From the IMG/VR virus record IMGVR_UViG_3300042542_004852: a stretch of 64,000 nucleotides of DNA, one strand, 5' to 3'. The number at the start of each line of letters is the position of its first letter. The stretch's first letter is position 1. The notes beneath the pieces were generated by a model. The model saw only the letters and a list, made by a program, of their open reading frames with translations. It ran no database searches and was not told the origin of the DNA. Positions 9,751-20,038 of the stretch are shown piece after piece. The DNA comes from a virus. The translations under genes and the position numbers were made by a program.

Positions 9751-10375
9751 TTTACTAAGATTCGATTTCAATCAAAAATATATCATTCTGGACACAGAAA
9801 CAGAGGGGCTTAACCTACTTCATTCAAGACCTTGGCAAATCGCATGGATTGAAGCTGTTGGTAAGAAGATCATTTCGCGCCAAGAGAGATACATCTATTG
9901 GCCAGACTTTAAAATCAGCGATGGTGCGGCGAAAATCACTGGTTTTAATTATGATAAATATCGTGATCTTGCTCGCGATCCAAAAGAAGTTTGGGACGAA
10001 TTCGTTCCTTTTTTAGAAAGGGATAGCAATAAAATCATTGGCCAAAATATTCTTGGGTTTGATGTTTATATGCTTAATTCTTGGAGAAGAGCGATGGGTT
10101 TAGATTCAAGCTTTGACTATGTTGACCGTGTGCTTGATACAAAAGCTTTAGCAATGGCTATCGCCAAGGAATGCAGGTCTGTTGATTGTGATGACCTTAT
10201 CTGCTGGCAGTATCGCTGGTTAAATCATCGCGAAAAAGGAATTAAAACCAGTCAAGCTCACTTGCTAAAGCATTATGAAATTCCTCATGACCCTAGTAAA
10301 TTGCATGACGCACTTTATGACATCGAAATGACATTCCAAATTTTTCAGAAACAAATCTTTGAACTAGAAATCTAA
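9740..10375 (+). CDS. DEDDh 3'-5' exonuclease (epsilon-like)
   Basis: ILDTETEGL, GQNILGFD, LDT, HDALYD; start at ATG 9740. Confidence 0.9.
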   Translation: MKDNLLRFDFNQKYIILDTETEGLNLLHSRPWQIAWIEAVGKKIISRQERYIYWPDFKISDGAAKITGFNYDKYRDLARDPKEVWDEFVPFLERDSNKIIGQNILGFDVYMLNSWRRAMGLDSSFDYVDRVLDTKALAMAIAKECRSVDCDDLICWQYRWLNHREKGIKTSQAHLLKHYEIPHDPSKLHDALYDIEMTFQIFQKQIFELEI

Positions 10376-12930
10376 TGATCGAAAACTTCCAAAAATATCA
10401 GCAGCCAACACTTCCTGGCGTAAAACTTCCACAAATCATCATTGAACAAAAATACTATGATATTCTTGGAATCCCAAACACATCTTCAAATTATCAGTTT
10501 CTTCGTAAGCTATGCCACAAGGGAGTTTTAGAAAAAGAAATTGACAAAAAAGAAAACGCTCAAATTTATTATGAGCGCGTAAAAACAGAGCTTAGCTTAT
10601 TTGAAGAGCTTGGGTTTATTGATTATGTTCTCTTAAATTGGGACATTTTAAAATTCTGTCATGAGAATGAAATTCCTACTGGACCAGGGCGCGGTTCTGC
10701 CGCTGGTTCTTTGGTGCTGTATTTGATTGGCGTAACTAAGGTTGATCCGATTCAGTATGAATTATACTTCGAGCGATTTGTTTCGAAGAGTCGAGCAAAA
10801 AAGATTATCGTTGATGGGGAAACTTATTTAGACGGCTCTCTGCTAGCGGACGTTGATAATGATATTGCTTATGAACGCCGCCAAGAAGTGATTAAATTTA
10901 TTGAACAAAAATACTCTGGTAAAACATGCAAAATTCTTACGCTCAACACTTTGAGCAGTAAGCTTTGCGTAAAGGAATGCGGAAAACTTGTTGGCGAGCT
11001 ACCAGAATCATCAGTAAATGAAATCAGCGACTTGATTCCCAAGAAATTTGGTAAAGTTGCAAGCCTCAAAAATGCTTGCCAAGAAAATGATAAGTTTAGA
11101 GAATGGGCGAATGAAAATAAAAAAATCTTTGAAATCGCTCAGAAGCTTGAGGGCTTAATTAAAAATACTGGCGTTCATCCATCAGGCATTGCAATTAGTC
11201 ACTATGATTTGGAAGAGATTATGCCTCTTCAAACAACGGGAGAAGGCGATCTTGTTTCTGGCTATGACATGAATGATGTTGCTAGTTTGTGTGTTAAGTT
11301 TGATATTCTTGGCTTGCGCACTCTTTCAGTAATTCATGATGTCTGTAAGCAGATTGGTTTTGACATCACAAAACTAGATATGCAGAGCGAAGAGATTTAT
11401 AGCTATCTACAAAATCTACAAACTCCTCAAGGACTGTTTCAAATTGAAGCTGATACAAACTTCAAAGTCGCTCAAAAAGTGAGGCCAAAAAATCTAGAAC
11501 AGCTATCTGCTGTGGTTGCTATTGCTCGACCTGGAGCTTTAGACTTCTTGGACCGATATGCCCACTATGTTAATGTTGGCGATTTTCAAAGCGTGCATCC
11601 TTTCTTTGATGATGTTCTTCAATACACTGGTGGTATTCCACTGTATCAGGAGCAGCTAATGAGAATGGCAGTGAAAGTAGGCTTTACTCTTGACGAGTCT
11701 GAGCAGCTTCGCCGCATTGTGGGAAAGAAGAAAGTGGATCAAATGGCCGCTTGGCAAGATAAAATTAAGGAAAAAATTGAACAAAACAATCTTGATCCTG
11801 TCATTGGAGAAGTGCTATGGAAAGTTGCAGAAGATTCTGCAAACTATTCTTTCAACAAATCTCACTCCATTTCTTATGCGATTCTTGCTGCGTGGACTCT
11901 TTATCTAAAGTTTAAACATCCTCAGTATTTCTTTTTGAGCTTGTTGAAAATGACACAGTTTGAACCTGATTCATACTCAGAGATTAATAAAATTACCCAA
12001 GAGCTTCCTTATTTCGATATGAAGCTTTTGGCCCCAGACCTCACAAAATCCAAGACGGACTTCTCAATCGAGAAAAAAGATATTCGTTATGGATTAAACA
12101 GTATCAAAGGCATTTCAGATAATACCATGAGCGCTCTACTGGAGTTTTGCAATGCTGAATTAAAAAACAAATACGATGTTTTTTCAGTAGCCAAGCAAGC
12201 TGGATTAAATATTGGTGCTTTGTCTGCGCTTGTGCAAGCTGGAGCATTGAATAGTTTTTCAGAAGATCGCTGCCGAATGGTGTTGGAAGCTCAGTCATTT
12301 AACATTCTAACTGATAGAGAGAAGCGTTTGTTTTGCTCTTTGGGCGAGAAATATGACTTTGATATTTTGAAAACAATTCATGATTGCGTCAAAAATAAAC
12401 AAATTGGCGATGATAACAAACCGATCATGAGCGATAAAAGGTTTCAAACCTTCAAGCAAAAATATGCTGGCTATCGAGAAATCTACGACAAAAACTCAAA
12501 ATATCCAAAATTTGCCAATTGGTATTTTGAAACTAAATTGCTTGGATACTCTTATTCGCAAATTGTTAAAAATATCTTTTCAGAAGAAGATTCAGAAAAA
12601 TATGTGAATTGCATGACTTTCAACTCTCTTGACATCAATGAAAACGTGCGTATCGTAGGCGTTGTAAAAGACTGCTTCCGCAAGAAAAGCTCTAATGGAA
12701 ACAAATATGCAAAACTTGAAATCGCTGATGAAACAGGAAAAGTTAAAGCTATGCTTCTTGATTCTCGTCAAAAAGCTAGACTAACAGAATATCTTGATAA
12801 CGGCAATAAATTGCCAAAAGAAGAAAGCATCGTGATCATAACTGGTAAAAAAGGAGAAGACATATTATTCATAGATAAATTAGCGATCTTGGATGAGAAA
12901 ATTTATATGAAACTGTCTGAAATTAAATAG
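10375..12930 (+). CDS. dnaE: DNA polymerase III alpha catalytic core (lacks PHP)
   Basis: GPGRGSAAGSLV, FERF, DVDND, HPSGI, KFDILGL, YQEQLM, FNKSHS, C-terminal OB fold. Confidence 0.95.
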   Translation: MIENFQKYQQPTLPGVKLPQIIIEQKYYDILGIPNTSSNYQFLRKLCHKGVLEKEIDKKENAQIYYERVKTELSLFEELGFIDYVLLNWDILKFCHENEIPTGPGRGSAAGSLVLYLIGVTKVDPIQYELYFERFVSKSRAKKIIVDGETYLDGSLLADVDNDIAYERRQEVIKFIEQKYSGKTCKILTLNTLSSKLCVKECGKLVGELPESSVNEISDLIPKKFGKVASLKNACQENDKFREWANENKKIFEIAQKLEGLIKNTGVHPSGIAISHYDLEEIMPLQTTGEGDLVSGYDMNDVASLCVKFDILGLRTLSVIHDVCKQIGFDITKLDMQSEEIYSYLQNLQTPQGLFQIEADTNFKVAQKVRPKNLEQLSAVVAIARPGALDFLDRYAHYVNVGDFQSVHPFFDDVLQYTGGIPLYQEQLMRMAVKVGFTLDESEQLRRIVGKKKVDQMAAWQDKIKEKIEQNNLDPVIGEVLWKVAEDSANYSFNKSHSISYAILAAWTLYLKFKHPQYFFLSLLKMTQFEPDSYSEINKITQELPYFDMKLLAPDLTKSKTDFSIEKKDIRYGLNSIKGISDNTMSALLEFCNAELKNKYDVFSVAKQAGLNIGALSALVQAGALNSFSEDRCRMVLEAQSFNILTDREKRLFCSLGEKYDFDILKTIHDCVKNKQIGDDNKPIMSDKRFQTFKQKYAGYREIYDKNSKYPKFANWYFETKLLGYSYSQIVKNIFSEEDSEKYVNCMTFNSLDINENVRIVGVVKDCFRKKSSNGNKYAKLEIADETGKVKAMLLDSRQKARLTEYLDNGNKLPKEESIVIITGKKGEDILFIDKLAILDEKIYMKLSEIK

Positions 12931-12945
12931 TGTAAAAACATGAGG

Positions 12946-15327
12946 ATGAAAAAACTTAACTTGACCCCGCGTGTCAAAAAAGCTCTGGAGCAAGCCCAAG
13001 AACTTGCGAAGTCTTTGGGGCATGAGAGAATCAATTGCGCACACATGTTTAAGGCCATCATGGAATTAGATTATCCTATGTTCCGAACTGTTTTGCGTCC
13101 ATTCATGGTTAATCAGTATGAATTGGCAGAAAAGATTATTCCTTTTGTAGAAGAGAATCATCCAGACTTCTTTAAAAAGAAAGCTAATGAAAAGACTTGG
13201 CATAATGAAATTGAAGAAATACTTAAATTCGCAAACGAAACAAGCGGCAATTTAAAACAGGAATACATTGGCGTAGAGCATATCTTATATGCTTTAATAG
13301 TCACTTCTCCAACAGTGCGTGGATTTTTGGAACACAAACATTTTCCAATTGATGATTTTGCCGAATTATTAATTAATCATTTGGACCCAAATTCTGTCAA
13401 GAAAAAAGTCGAAACAGAACCCGAAACTCAAGAAGACACTGCTATCAAGCAGACCTATGTTAAAAAATACTGCACAAATCTAACCGAACTAGCCACAAAT
13501 AATAAATTAAATAATGTCTATGGCAGAGATGTTGAAATTGCAACTCTTGCAGAGACTTTCTTGAGAAAAACAAAGAATAATATTATTCTCATTGGCGATC
13601 CTGGCGTAGGCAAAACAGCCATCGTTGAAGGTTTGGCTTACAAGATTATTGTTGACGAAACCACTCCTCTTTTAAAGAACAAGATTTTGATTTCATTGAA
13701 CATGGCATCCATGATCGCTGGCACAAAATATCGCGGCCAATTTGAGCAAAGATTCCAAGGGCTTCTTGATGAACTAAAAGAAAATAGCAATTTTATCATT
13801 TTCATTGATGAAATTCACACTATGATTGGTGCTGGTAATGGAGAGGGAGCACTAGATGTGGCAAACATGCTCAAACCTGCTTTGGCTCGCGGAGAAATCA
13901 CTTGTATTGGCGCTACAACACATGCTGAATACAAGAAGCTGTTTGAGAAGGACGGTGCGTTAAAACGCCGCTTTGAAGCTATTACAATTGAAGAGCCAGA
14001 CAATCTTCAAACCAAAAAGATTCTCATGTCCTCAAAAAAACAATTTGAAGACTTTCATGGAGTGGTTTATTCAGAACAGATTATTGAAGACATTATTTTC
14101 CTTTGTGAGAAATATGTTCCTTACAAAAAATTTCCTGACAAAGCTTTCGACATGCTGGATTTGCTAGGATCAAGAGTAAAAATTGCTAACTTTGCTATTC
14201 CTAAAAAAATCAAGAATCTCGAAAAGAAAATCCAAAAGAACATCAACAACATCAAGAATCCAAAACACTCAAACGAGTGTGAAAAAATGATTGAGGAGTT
14301 TGGCCAAAAACTAATTGAATGGTCTGAAAAAGGTCGCAAATTTATTCCAATCTCAACAGATCATATCATTGATGTTTTTTCTCAAAAGCTAGGAATCAAT
14401 AAAAATAAAATTATTTTCGCAAATAATCTGCAAAATGAAGACATTTTCGAGACTCTTAAAAATGACATTTTTGGACAAGACGAGGCTTTGGTAAAAATTA
14501 GCGACATTCTAATCTGCTCAAAAGCTGGTCTTAAACCCAAAAACAAACCAATGGGCAAATTTTTATTTGTTGGCCCAACAGGAGTTGGCAAAACTTGGAC
14601 AGCCAAGTTGATCGCCGAAAAGTTCTTTGGCAACGAAAAGAGTTTGTTGAAACTTGACATGAGCGAGTATCAAGAATCAAGCTCAATCAATAAATTAATT
14701 GGTTCTGCTATTGGATATGTAAAATGTGAAGAAGGCGGCATACTAACAGAGTTCGTTAGAAATCGACCAAACAGCGTAATTCTTTTTGACGAAATTGAAA
14801 AGTCCCATAGAGACATTAACAATTTACTGCTTCAAATTTTGGATGATGGCTATGTGACTGACAGCATGGGTCGCAAAATTGATTTCTCAAACTCCATCAT
14901 TATTCTCACAAGTAATCTTGGCCACGAACAAGTTTCCAAAGCATCAATGGGTTTCTTGCCAGTTCAAGATGATCAAGATTCTAAATATAAAAAATCAATC
15001 GAGAACTTTTTTAAGCCAGAATTTCTGGCCAGATTAGACGATGTTGTTGTATTTAATAAGATTTCGAAGAATGAGTTTAAGAAAATATTTGATAAAATGA
15101 TTCAAAAAACATGCGAGTCTCTTCATCAAAACAATAAAAAAATTCACATCTCGGAAGACACAAAAGAGTTTTTATTGAAAAAGATTGAAGAAAATGGCAA
15201 CAACGCTCGATCCATTCAAAAAGTCTATCGTCAATATTTGGAAATTCCATTGGCTAAATTTATGCTTCAAAATCCCAATCCAGAAATTTCTGCAAAAATC
15301 TCTGATGCCAAGGTAATATTTGAATGA
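12946..15327 (+). CDS. ClpA/ClpC-like double AAA+ ATPase
   Basis: Clp-N repeats, GDPGVGKT, FIDEIH, GPTGVGKT, DMSEY, LFDEIEK, MGF loop; start 12940 or 12946. Confidence 0.92.
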   Translation: MKKLNLTPRVKKALEQAQELAKSLGHERINCAHMFKAIMELDYPMFRTVLRPFMVNQYELAEKIIPFVEENHPDFFKKKANEKTWHNEIEEILKFANETSGNLKQEYIGVEHILYALIVTSPTVRGFLEHKHFPIDDFAELLINHLDPNSVKKKVETEPETQEDTAIKQTYVKKYCTNLTELATNNKLNNVYGRDVEIATLAETFLRKTKNNIILIGDPGVGKTAIVEGLAYKIIVDETTPLLKNKILISLNMASMIAGTKYRGQFEQRFQGLLDELKENSNFIIFIDEIHTMIGAGNGEGALDVANMLKPALARGEITCIGATTHAEYKKLFEKDGALKRRFEAITIEEPDNLQTKKILMSSKKQFEDFHGVVYSEQIIEDIIFLCEKYVPYKKFPDKAFDMLDLLGSRVKIANFAIPKKIKNLEKKIQKNINNIKNPKHSNECEKMIEEFGQKLIEWSEKGRKFIPISTDHIIDVFSQKLGINKNKIIFANNLQNEDIFETLKNDIFGQDEALVKISDILICSKAGLKPKNKPMGKFLFVGPTGVGKTWTAKLIAEKFFGNEKSLLKLDMSEYQESSSINKLIGSAIGYVKCEEGGILTEFVRNRPNSVILFDEIEKSHRDINNLLLQILDDGYVTDSMGRKIDFSNSIIILTSNLGHEQVSKASMGFLPVQDDQDSKYKKSIENFFKPEFLARLDDVVVFNKISKNEFKKIFDKMIQKTCESLHQNNKKIHISEDTKEFLLKKIEENGNNARSIQKVYRQYLEIPLAKFMLQNPNPEISAKISDAKVIFE

Positions 15328-15348
15328 GAGCAGCGTAATTATTGAGCA

Positions 15349-15564
15349 ATGAATACTCGAACAAATAATATTGTTAGCGCGATGCGCTCTAGTCGTGGCC
15401 GTTTCTTCGGCCTTACCACCACTCAAGGTAATTCCGTGAATGGTCGTTTCGTCTCTGAAACCCCAAAGTATGTGCGCGTTTATGACCGAAACCGCAACGA
15501 AAACCTTACTCTCGCCAAGAGCAGTCTAGCTGCCTATCGGCAAGGCAGTAACGTAATCGCCTAA
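15349..15564 (+). CDS. Small basic hypothetical protein
   Basis: 71-aa ORF followed by a strong terminator. Confidence 0.7.
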   Translation: MNTRTNNIVSAMRSSRGRFFGLTTTQGNSVNGRFVSETPKYVRVYDRNRNENLTLAKSSLAAYRQGSNVIA

Positions 15565-15581
15565 CTGAAAAAATATAAATT

Positions 15582-15613
15582 AGAAACCCCTCGAAATCGA
15601 GGGGTTTCTTTTT
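15582..15613 (+). terminator. Intrinsic terminator
   Basis: AGAAACCCCTCGA-AA-TCGAGGGGTTTCT followed by a T run. Confidence 0.85.
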
Positions 15614-15622
15614 ATTATAATT

Positions 15623-16678
15623 ATGCCGAGAATAACTAATCTCTTTAAAGAAAAAGCTTATGTATTTTCTTCTGAGCCTAAAGTCTATGAAGGCGAAAAG
15701 ACGCTGATTAAAAAAATATATTCAGATAATAACTTACCGCAGCCTAAAAAAATTGAATTTTTAGACGCCAACATAAATAACGATCTATTTTTAGTTGAAA
15801 ATAATTTAGGTAAATTTTGTGTTAAATTAAGCTTGGATGAGAAAAACAAATTCCTTCATAAAGAATTTGAAATCTTACTTAGAAATTTTGATAAAAAAAT
15901 TATGATGTATCCATTGATGTGTGGGTACGCTAAAGAATATAATAATATTGAATATTCAATTACTGGATACGCTCCGATCCCAAATATCGGAGATGCTGGA
16001 ATAGCTAATTTGCTAAGTAACGAATCTTTGCCAATGTTTTTTGAAAATCTAAATAACTTTAGAATGGTAGAAAATCTACCTTCTCAGCAGGAGTTTTTAA
16101 ACAAGTATTTATATTTTGATTTATTAAAATTACCTGATTTTGACGCAAAATGGATTGAAAAGCATTTTGAAATTAAAAAGCTAATAAGTGAACAAGTTGC
16201 GTTTTTACAAAATTTTTTAATTAAAAATATTTCTATCGTTGAAAGTGATGTGAAAAAAGTTTGTCATGGTAATTTAAATAAATCTACAATTCTAGCTTTT
16301 GGAGAATACTTGCATGCAATCAATTGGGAAAACGCTTATGTTGGCAATTTTTTATTCGAAATGGCTTTATTAAAATTTGAACTATTTTACGATTTTAACT
16401 TTGAAAATTATTTATTCTCCGATTTTGAGGCGAGAACTAAAAAACAAATAAATCCAGTTAAGCTAAAAGACTACAAAACATTTGCAAGTTATTTTTCTTT
16501 GTTGAAAATAATGGTAGATTATTTAATAGAAGTTTATATATTAAGATGCAATCGAGAAAATAAAATTTTAGATTGCGCTATCAAATTCAGTAAGAATTAT
16601 GATAGTTTTTATCAACTCCCCAATTTCGATAAAAAGCTAAAACCCATAGCTGAATTTTTTGTAGAAAGTGTAATTTAA
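15623..16678 (+). CDS. APH/choline-kinase-like fold protein, catalytic Asp residues replaced
   Basis: NDLFLV...FCVKL...KEFEIL, CHGNLNKSTIL, AINWE, G..LFEMA. Confidence 0.65.
   Translation: MPRITNLFKEKAYVFSSEPKVYEGEKTLIKKIYSDNNLPQPKKIEFLDANINNDLFLVENNLGKFCVKLSLDEKNKFLHKEFEILLRNFDKKIMMYPLMCGYAKEYNNIEYSITGYAPIPNIGDAGIANLLSNESLPMFFENLNNFRMVENLPSQQEFLNKYLYFDLLKLPDFDAKWIEKHFEIKKLISEQVAFLQNFLIKNISIVESDVKKVCHGNLNKSTILAFGEYLHAINWENAYVGNFLFEMALLKFELFYDFNFENYLFSDFEARTKKQINPVKLKDYKTFASYFSLLKIMVDYLIEVYILRCNRENKILDCAIKFSKNYDSFYQLPNFDKKLKPIAEFFVESVI
16668..16673 (+). promoter_or_regulatory. Putative late promoter motif GTGTAA
   Basis: 15 nt upstream of ATG 16683; other + strand copies at 12930, 16881, 41540. 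Confidence 0.6.
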
Positions 16679-16682
16679 TTAT

Positions 16683-16886
16683 ATGCCTTTACCAAAACCC
16701 TCGGAGAAAGAAAAAGAACAAGAATTTGTTAGCCGCTGCATGGCGGATGACATGATGAACAAAGACTATAAAGATCAAAAACAAAGAGCCGCAGTTTGCT
16801 ATTCTCAATTCAAGCGCAGAATAAAAAACAAAGGCGAAGCCTCTTGGGACGACGTTCGCAAGGGAGATTCTCTCGGATTAGTGTAA
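16683..16886 (+). CDS. Conserved small phage protein (MPxPKP...FxSRCM...QRAAVC family)
   Basis: Motif recognised from phage head-associated proteins; GTGTAA motif upstream. Confidence 0.7.
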   Translation: MPLPKPSEKEKEQEFVSRCMADDMMNKDYKDQKQRAAVCYSQFKRRIKNKGEASWDDVRKGDSLGLV

Positions 16887-16911
16887 TTATACCAAAGGCA
16901 AAAGGAAAAAT

Positions 16912-18588
16912 ATGGCAACTTACGTTCTTCAAAACTCCGCTCAGCAAATTGATGCTGCTGTAACAGCAGCTTATTCTGGTCTTGTATTAGGTGGCACAGG
17001 ATTAGCTCGCATAACTGGCAACCAAACAATTAGCGGCGTTAAAACTTTTGCGGATCAAGCTGTTTTTTCTAGCGGTGCTATTTTAAATGGCCCAACTCAG
17101 TTAAATAATATTGGAACCATCACTCCTACTGGAAATGCTATTATAGATTTGGGCAGTGCTTCTAATCAATTTAAGACTGGTTGGTTTAGTGGTATTTCTG
17201 GAGCAAATGCAATTATTAGGAATCTAATCGTTTCAGACAGCTTCTCTGCGCCGATTATTGGATTACAATTAATTAATTCTACAGGTATCAGCGTTACCCT
17301 TTCTGGCACAACAAATTTAAACTCTGCTAATTTTAGCGGCAATATCAACTCTGCTGGAACAAATACCTTTAGCGGCAACCTAAATGTTTCTGGCAACTCA
17401 GTCTTTAATGGAACCATTACCGCCACTGGTAATAAAACGTTTTCTGGCACACTCTCTCAAACAGGCAATTTAAATTTATTTGGTGGTTTAAATCATTCTG
17501 GTGATTTTATATCTACTGGAAGTTTTAGTCATAGCGGATCGCTCACAAATAGCGGCAATGTAAATTTTGTGGGAGATTTAAGCTCAAGAGGAAATATTAC
17601 ATTTAATGGAGATGAAAATAAAAATTTCCAATTCACAGGAAACGGCGCAAACTTTATTGTTAGTGGTGCAAACTTTAATGTTAATGCGGCCTTAAATTTA
17701 ATTGGAGATTTTCTATTAACTGGAAATCAACATAATTTAGTAGGAAATTTATTCCATACTGGTGGCCACTATCACAGTGGACAATTAATCAATGTCGGAG
17801 AATTTAGACATACTGGAGACTTTACAGTAGTGGGTCTTTCCAATTTTAATGCGAGAGCAACCATGTCAAGTGGAGTTTCGTTAAACGGAAACGGATATAC
17901 GCCATCTCTTGTATTGCAGAAAAATCTAGTAAATCTATCTGTTCCATCTGGAGGAGCAATTGAATACGGCCAAAATGGTTCATTTTATTTCACTAATGAA
18001 ACTACTGGATATTCAAATAGAACTCTTTTAAACTCAATTTACACACTATTTCTACCAACACAATATTTTGTTGGTCCCCTTGCAAACACATTTGACACTT
18101 TGCCTTTAGGCAATACAGGTGTGTATCTGAATACAGGAACTTATCATATTGTTTATCATACAAGATTTAAAAAAGGCTCTACAGACAAAACTGTCATGAT
18201 GGGTTTAACAGGTGGAGGTTCTGCATCTTTCACCAATAGATTTGGCGGAATCAAAAAAAGACATTTCACAGATCAAGTTAATGCTGGATTTTCTTTTAAT
18301 ATCACTGGATCGTCTTCCGTCAATGCTGTATTTGCTTCTGGAGCGCTGGGCAGAAACGAATCTTTAACCATTGATTCTTCAACTGATGCTAGATCATTAG
18401 GATATTTTGAATTTGATTGTGTTGTAACTGTTACTGGACTAACTAAAGTGCGTCCATTTTTTAGATCAATTGATGCTTCTGCTTCAGATACTGTGACTGG
18501 TTCACAATTTGTGATGAGAGTAACTCCATTGAGCACTGGCATTGGTAGTGGATTGGCTTCTGCATCTGGTCCTTGGACGGATGCTTAA
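16912..18588 (+). CDS. Tail fibre/spike-like beta-repeat protein
   Basis: TGNQTISGVKTF fibre motif and G-periodic (SG/TG) beta-helix-like repeats. Confidence 0.7.
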   Translation: MATYVLQNSAQQIDAAVTAAYSGLVLGGTGLARITGNQTISGVKTFADQAVFSSGAILNGPTQLNNIGTITPTGNAIIDLGSASNQFKTGWFSGISGANAIIRNLIVSDSFSAPIIGLQLINSTGISVTLSGTTNLNSANFSGNINSAGTNTFSGNLNVSGNSVFNGTITATGNKTFSGTLSQTGNLNLFGGLNHSGDFISTGSFSHSGSLTNSGNVNFVGDLSSRGNITFNGDENKNFQFTGNGANFIVSGANFNVNAALNLIGDFLLTGNQHNLVGNLFHTGGHYHSGQLINVGEFRHTGDFTVVGLSNFNARATMSSGVSLNGNGYTPSLVLQKNLVNLSVPSGGAIEYGQNGSFYFTNETTGYSNRTLLNSIYTLFLPTQYFVGPLANTFDTLPLGNTGVYLNTGTYHIVYHTRFKKGSTDKTVMMGLTGGGSASFTNRFGGIKKRHFTDQVNAGFSFNITGSSSVNAVFASGALGRNESLTIDSSTDARSLGYFEFDCVVTVTGLTKVRPFFRSIDASASDTVTGSQFVMRVTPLSTGIGSGLASASGPWTDA

Positions 18589-18590
18589 TT

Positions 18591-19250
18591 ATGGCTTATC
18601 TAAATCACAACGTTCCCACAATCACTTGCTTAATTCGAAACGAATATTTGTTTAATCACGAAAAAGGTCACGGCGAATACACATCTGCTGATGTTCATTC
18701 TGTAGCTTCCATCGAGAAGCGAGTGCCTCTTTTTGAAGCTTATTTGGATAACGGCGTAAACTGGACGCGCCGACCAATCACAGCGTTTTGCTGGAAACCT
18801 TGCGATCCAGTGCCTCTTGAGCACGCAATGTATTGGGACTGCTTCAGTCCCTACGTTGACGTTCAAGTGCGTCAGAGGCTCAAAGGATTGCGAGCCAAGC
18901 TCATCACACCATCCAACACCAAAGAAGTTGGTGAATACCTCTTTACTCTTGACTGGAGTTGGGAAAACAAAAGCATTTTAGACACTAATTTTAGCGAAAC
19001 TCCAGAGCATAAATGCGCTCATTTCTTTAAAATGGATAACGGCAATTTCTACGCCTACCCAAATAATCGCATCGTCTGGCATGACGACGCATGGGTGAAA
19101 GAACCGATTGATAAAAATCCAGGTTATAAAATTGATTTAAATATTTATTCCGTGGAAAACAAGAGAACTAAATTTACAGATTATAGTTACATCACTGAAT
19201 TCTCAGATGCGCCAATCAATCATCCAGAACCTAAAACTGCCACAATGTAA
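18591..19250 (+). CDS. Conserved hypothetical phage protein
   Basis: MAYLNHNVP...YWDCFS...EHKCAH...YPNNRI; start at ATG 18591. Confidence 0.7.
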   Translation: MAYLNHNVPTITCLIRNEYLFNHEKGHGEYTSADVHSVASIEKRVPLFEAYLDNGVNWTRRPITAFCWKPCDPVPLEHAMYWDCFSPYVDVQVRQRLKGLRAKLITPSNTKEVGEYLFTLDWSWENKSILDTNFSETPEHKCAHFFKMDNGNFYAYPNNRIVWHDDAWVKEPIDKNPGYKIDLNIYSVENKRTKFTDYSYITEFSDAPINHPEPKTATM

Positions 19251-19608
19251 GCTCGGCGTTTCAAAAATCGCTGGAGCAGGAGTTGGAGTTTTTACTCTTT
19301 CTAGTTTTCAAAAAGGCTATCCAGTTTTTGGCCCAAGAGGAACAAACTACTTTATTCGCTGGGAAGAGTTAGCTGATGTGTCAAACGCTGTGAAAGACTA
19401 CATTCAGTGTATTTGCCACTCTGATGGTGATGGGTTCTTTATTGATAGTTTTTTGGACCAGATTGATTTGAGTTTTTATGTTAATCATTCTGAAACGCCC
19501 AACTTGTTTCACGACGAAAACGCAGACGTTTACTTCACAGCTAGAGAAATAAAAGCTGGAGAAGAGTTGACTCTTCTATATCCAGAGCACGAAAGAGACT
19601 GGATTTAA
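19207..19608 (+). CDS. SET-domain protein (lysine methyltransferase fold)
   Basis: SKIAGAGVGVF, YVNHSETPN, AREIKAGEELTLLY. Confidence 0.85.
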   Translation: MRQSIIQNLKLPQCKLGVSKIAGAGVGVFTLSSFQKGYPVFGPRGTNYFIRWEELADVSNAVKDYIQCICHSDGDGFFIDSFLDQIDLSFYVNHSETPNLFHDENADVYFTAREIKAGEELTLLYPEHERDWI

Positions 19609-20034
19609 TTAAGACCTATTCTGATAACAGAATAAGCCATAGTCAACCATAATTTCTAAAAATCTTTGAACAGTTATGGTGCGTGGTTGTTTAATGTGGT
19701 CCCAAATTGTGATCTCTGTGCTTGGCAACATTTTGTTTTGCTGCAATGCTAAACTTAAGAGTGTAATCAATTTGCTAAATTCTGCTTCATCTTCTCTATT
19801 TGCAGAGAGTTTGTAATTCTCTGGTTGCACATTGAAGGGATCAATTGATCCATTTGCAGCACTAGCAAAGTAAGCTATTGCACCATCAAAAGAATCAGCA
19901 TAAACCCAGCCGTCTATTGGGTATTCGTATGAATCTTTGTCAGATACGACCAACATGTAATTAGGCCCATTCACTATATTTGGGGCAAATAAAATTTCTG
20001 TTTCTTCTTTTTTGTAAAATCCTGCGTTGTTCAT
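19609..20034 (-). CDS. Hypothetical protein, possible fibre chaperone
   Basis: Directly downstream of the repeat-rich fibre gene. Confidence 0.55.
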   Translation of the reverse strand: MNNAGFYKKEETEILFAPNIVNGPNYMLVVSDKDSYEYPIDGWVYADSFDGAIAYFASAANGSIDPFNVQPENYKLSANREDEAEFSKLITLLSLALQQNKMLPSTEITIWDHIKQPRTITVQRFLEIMVDYGLFCYQNRS

Positions 20035-20038
20035 AAAA

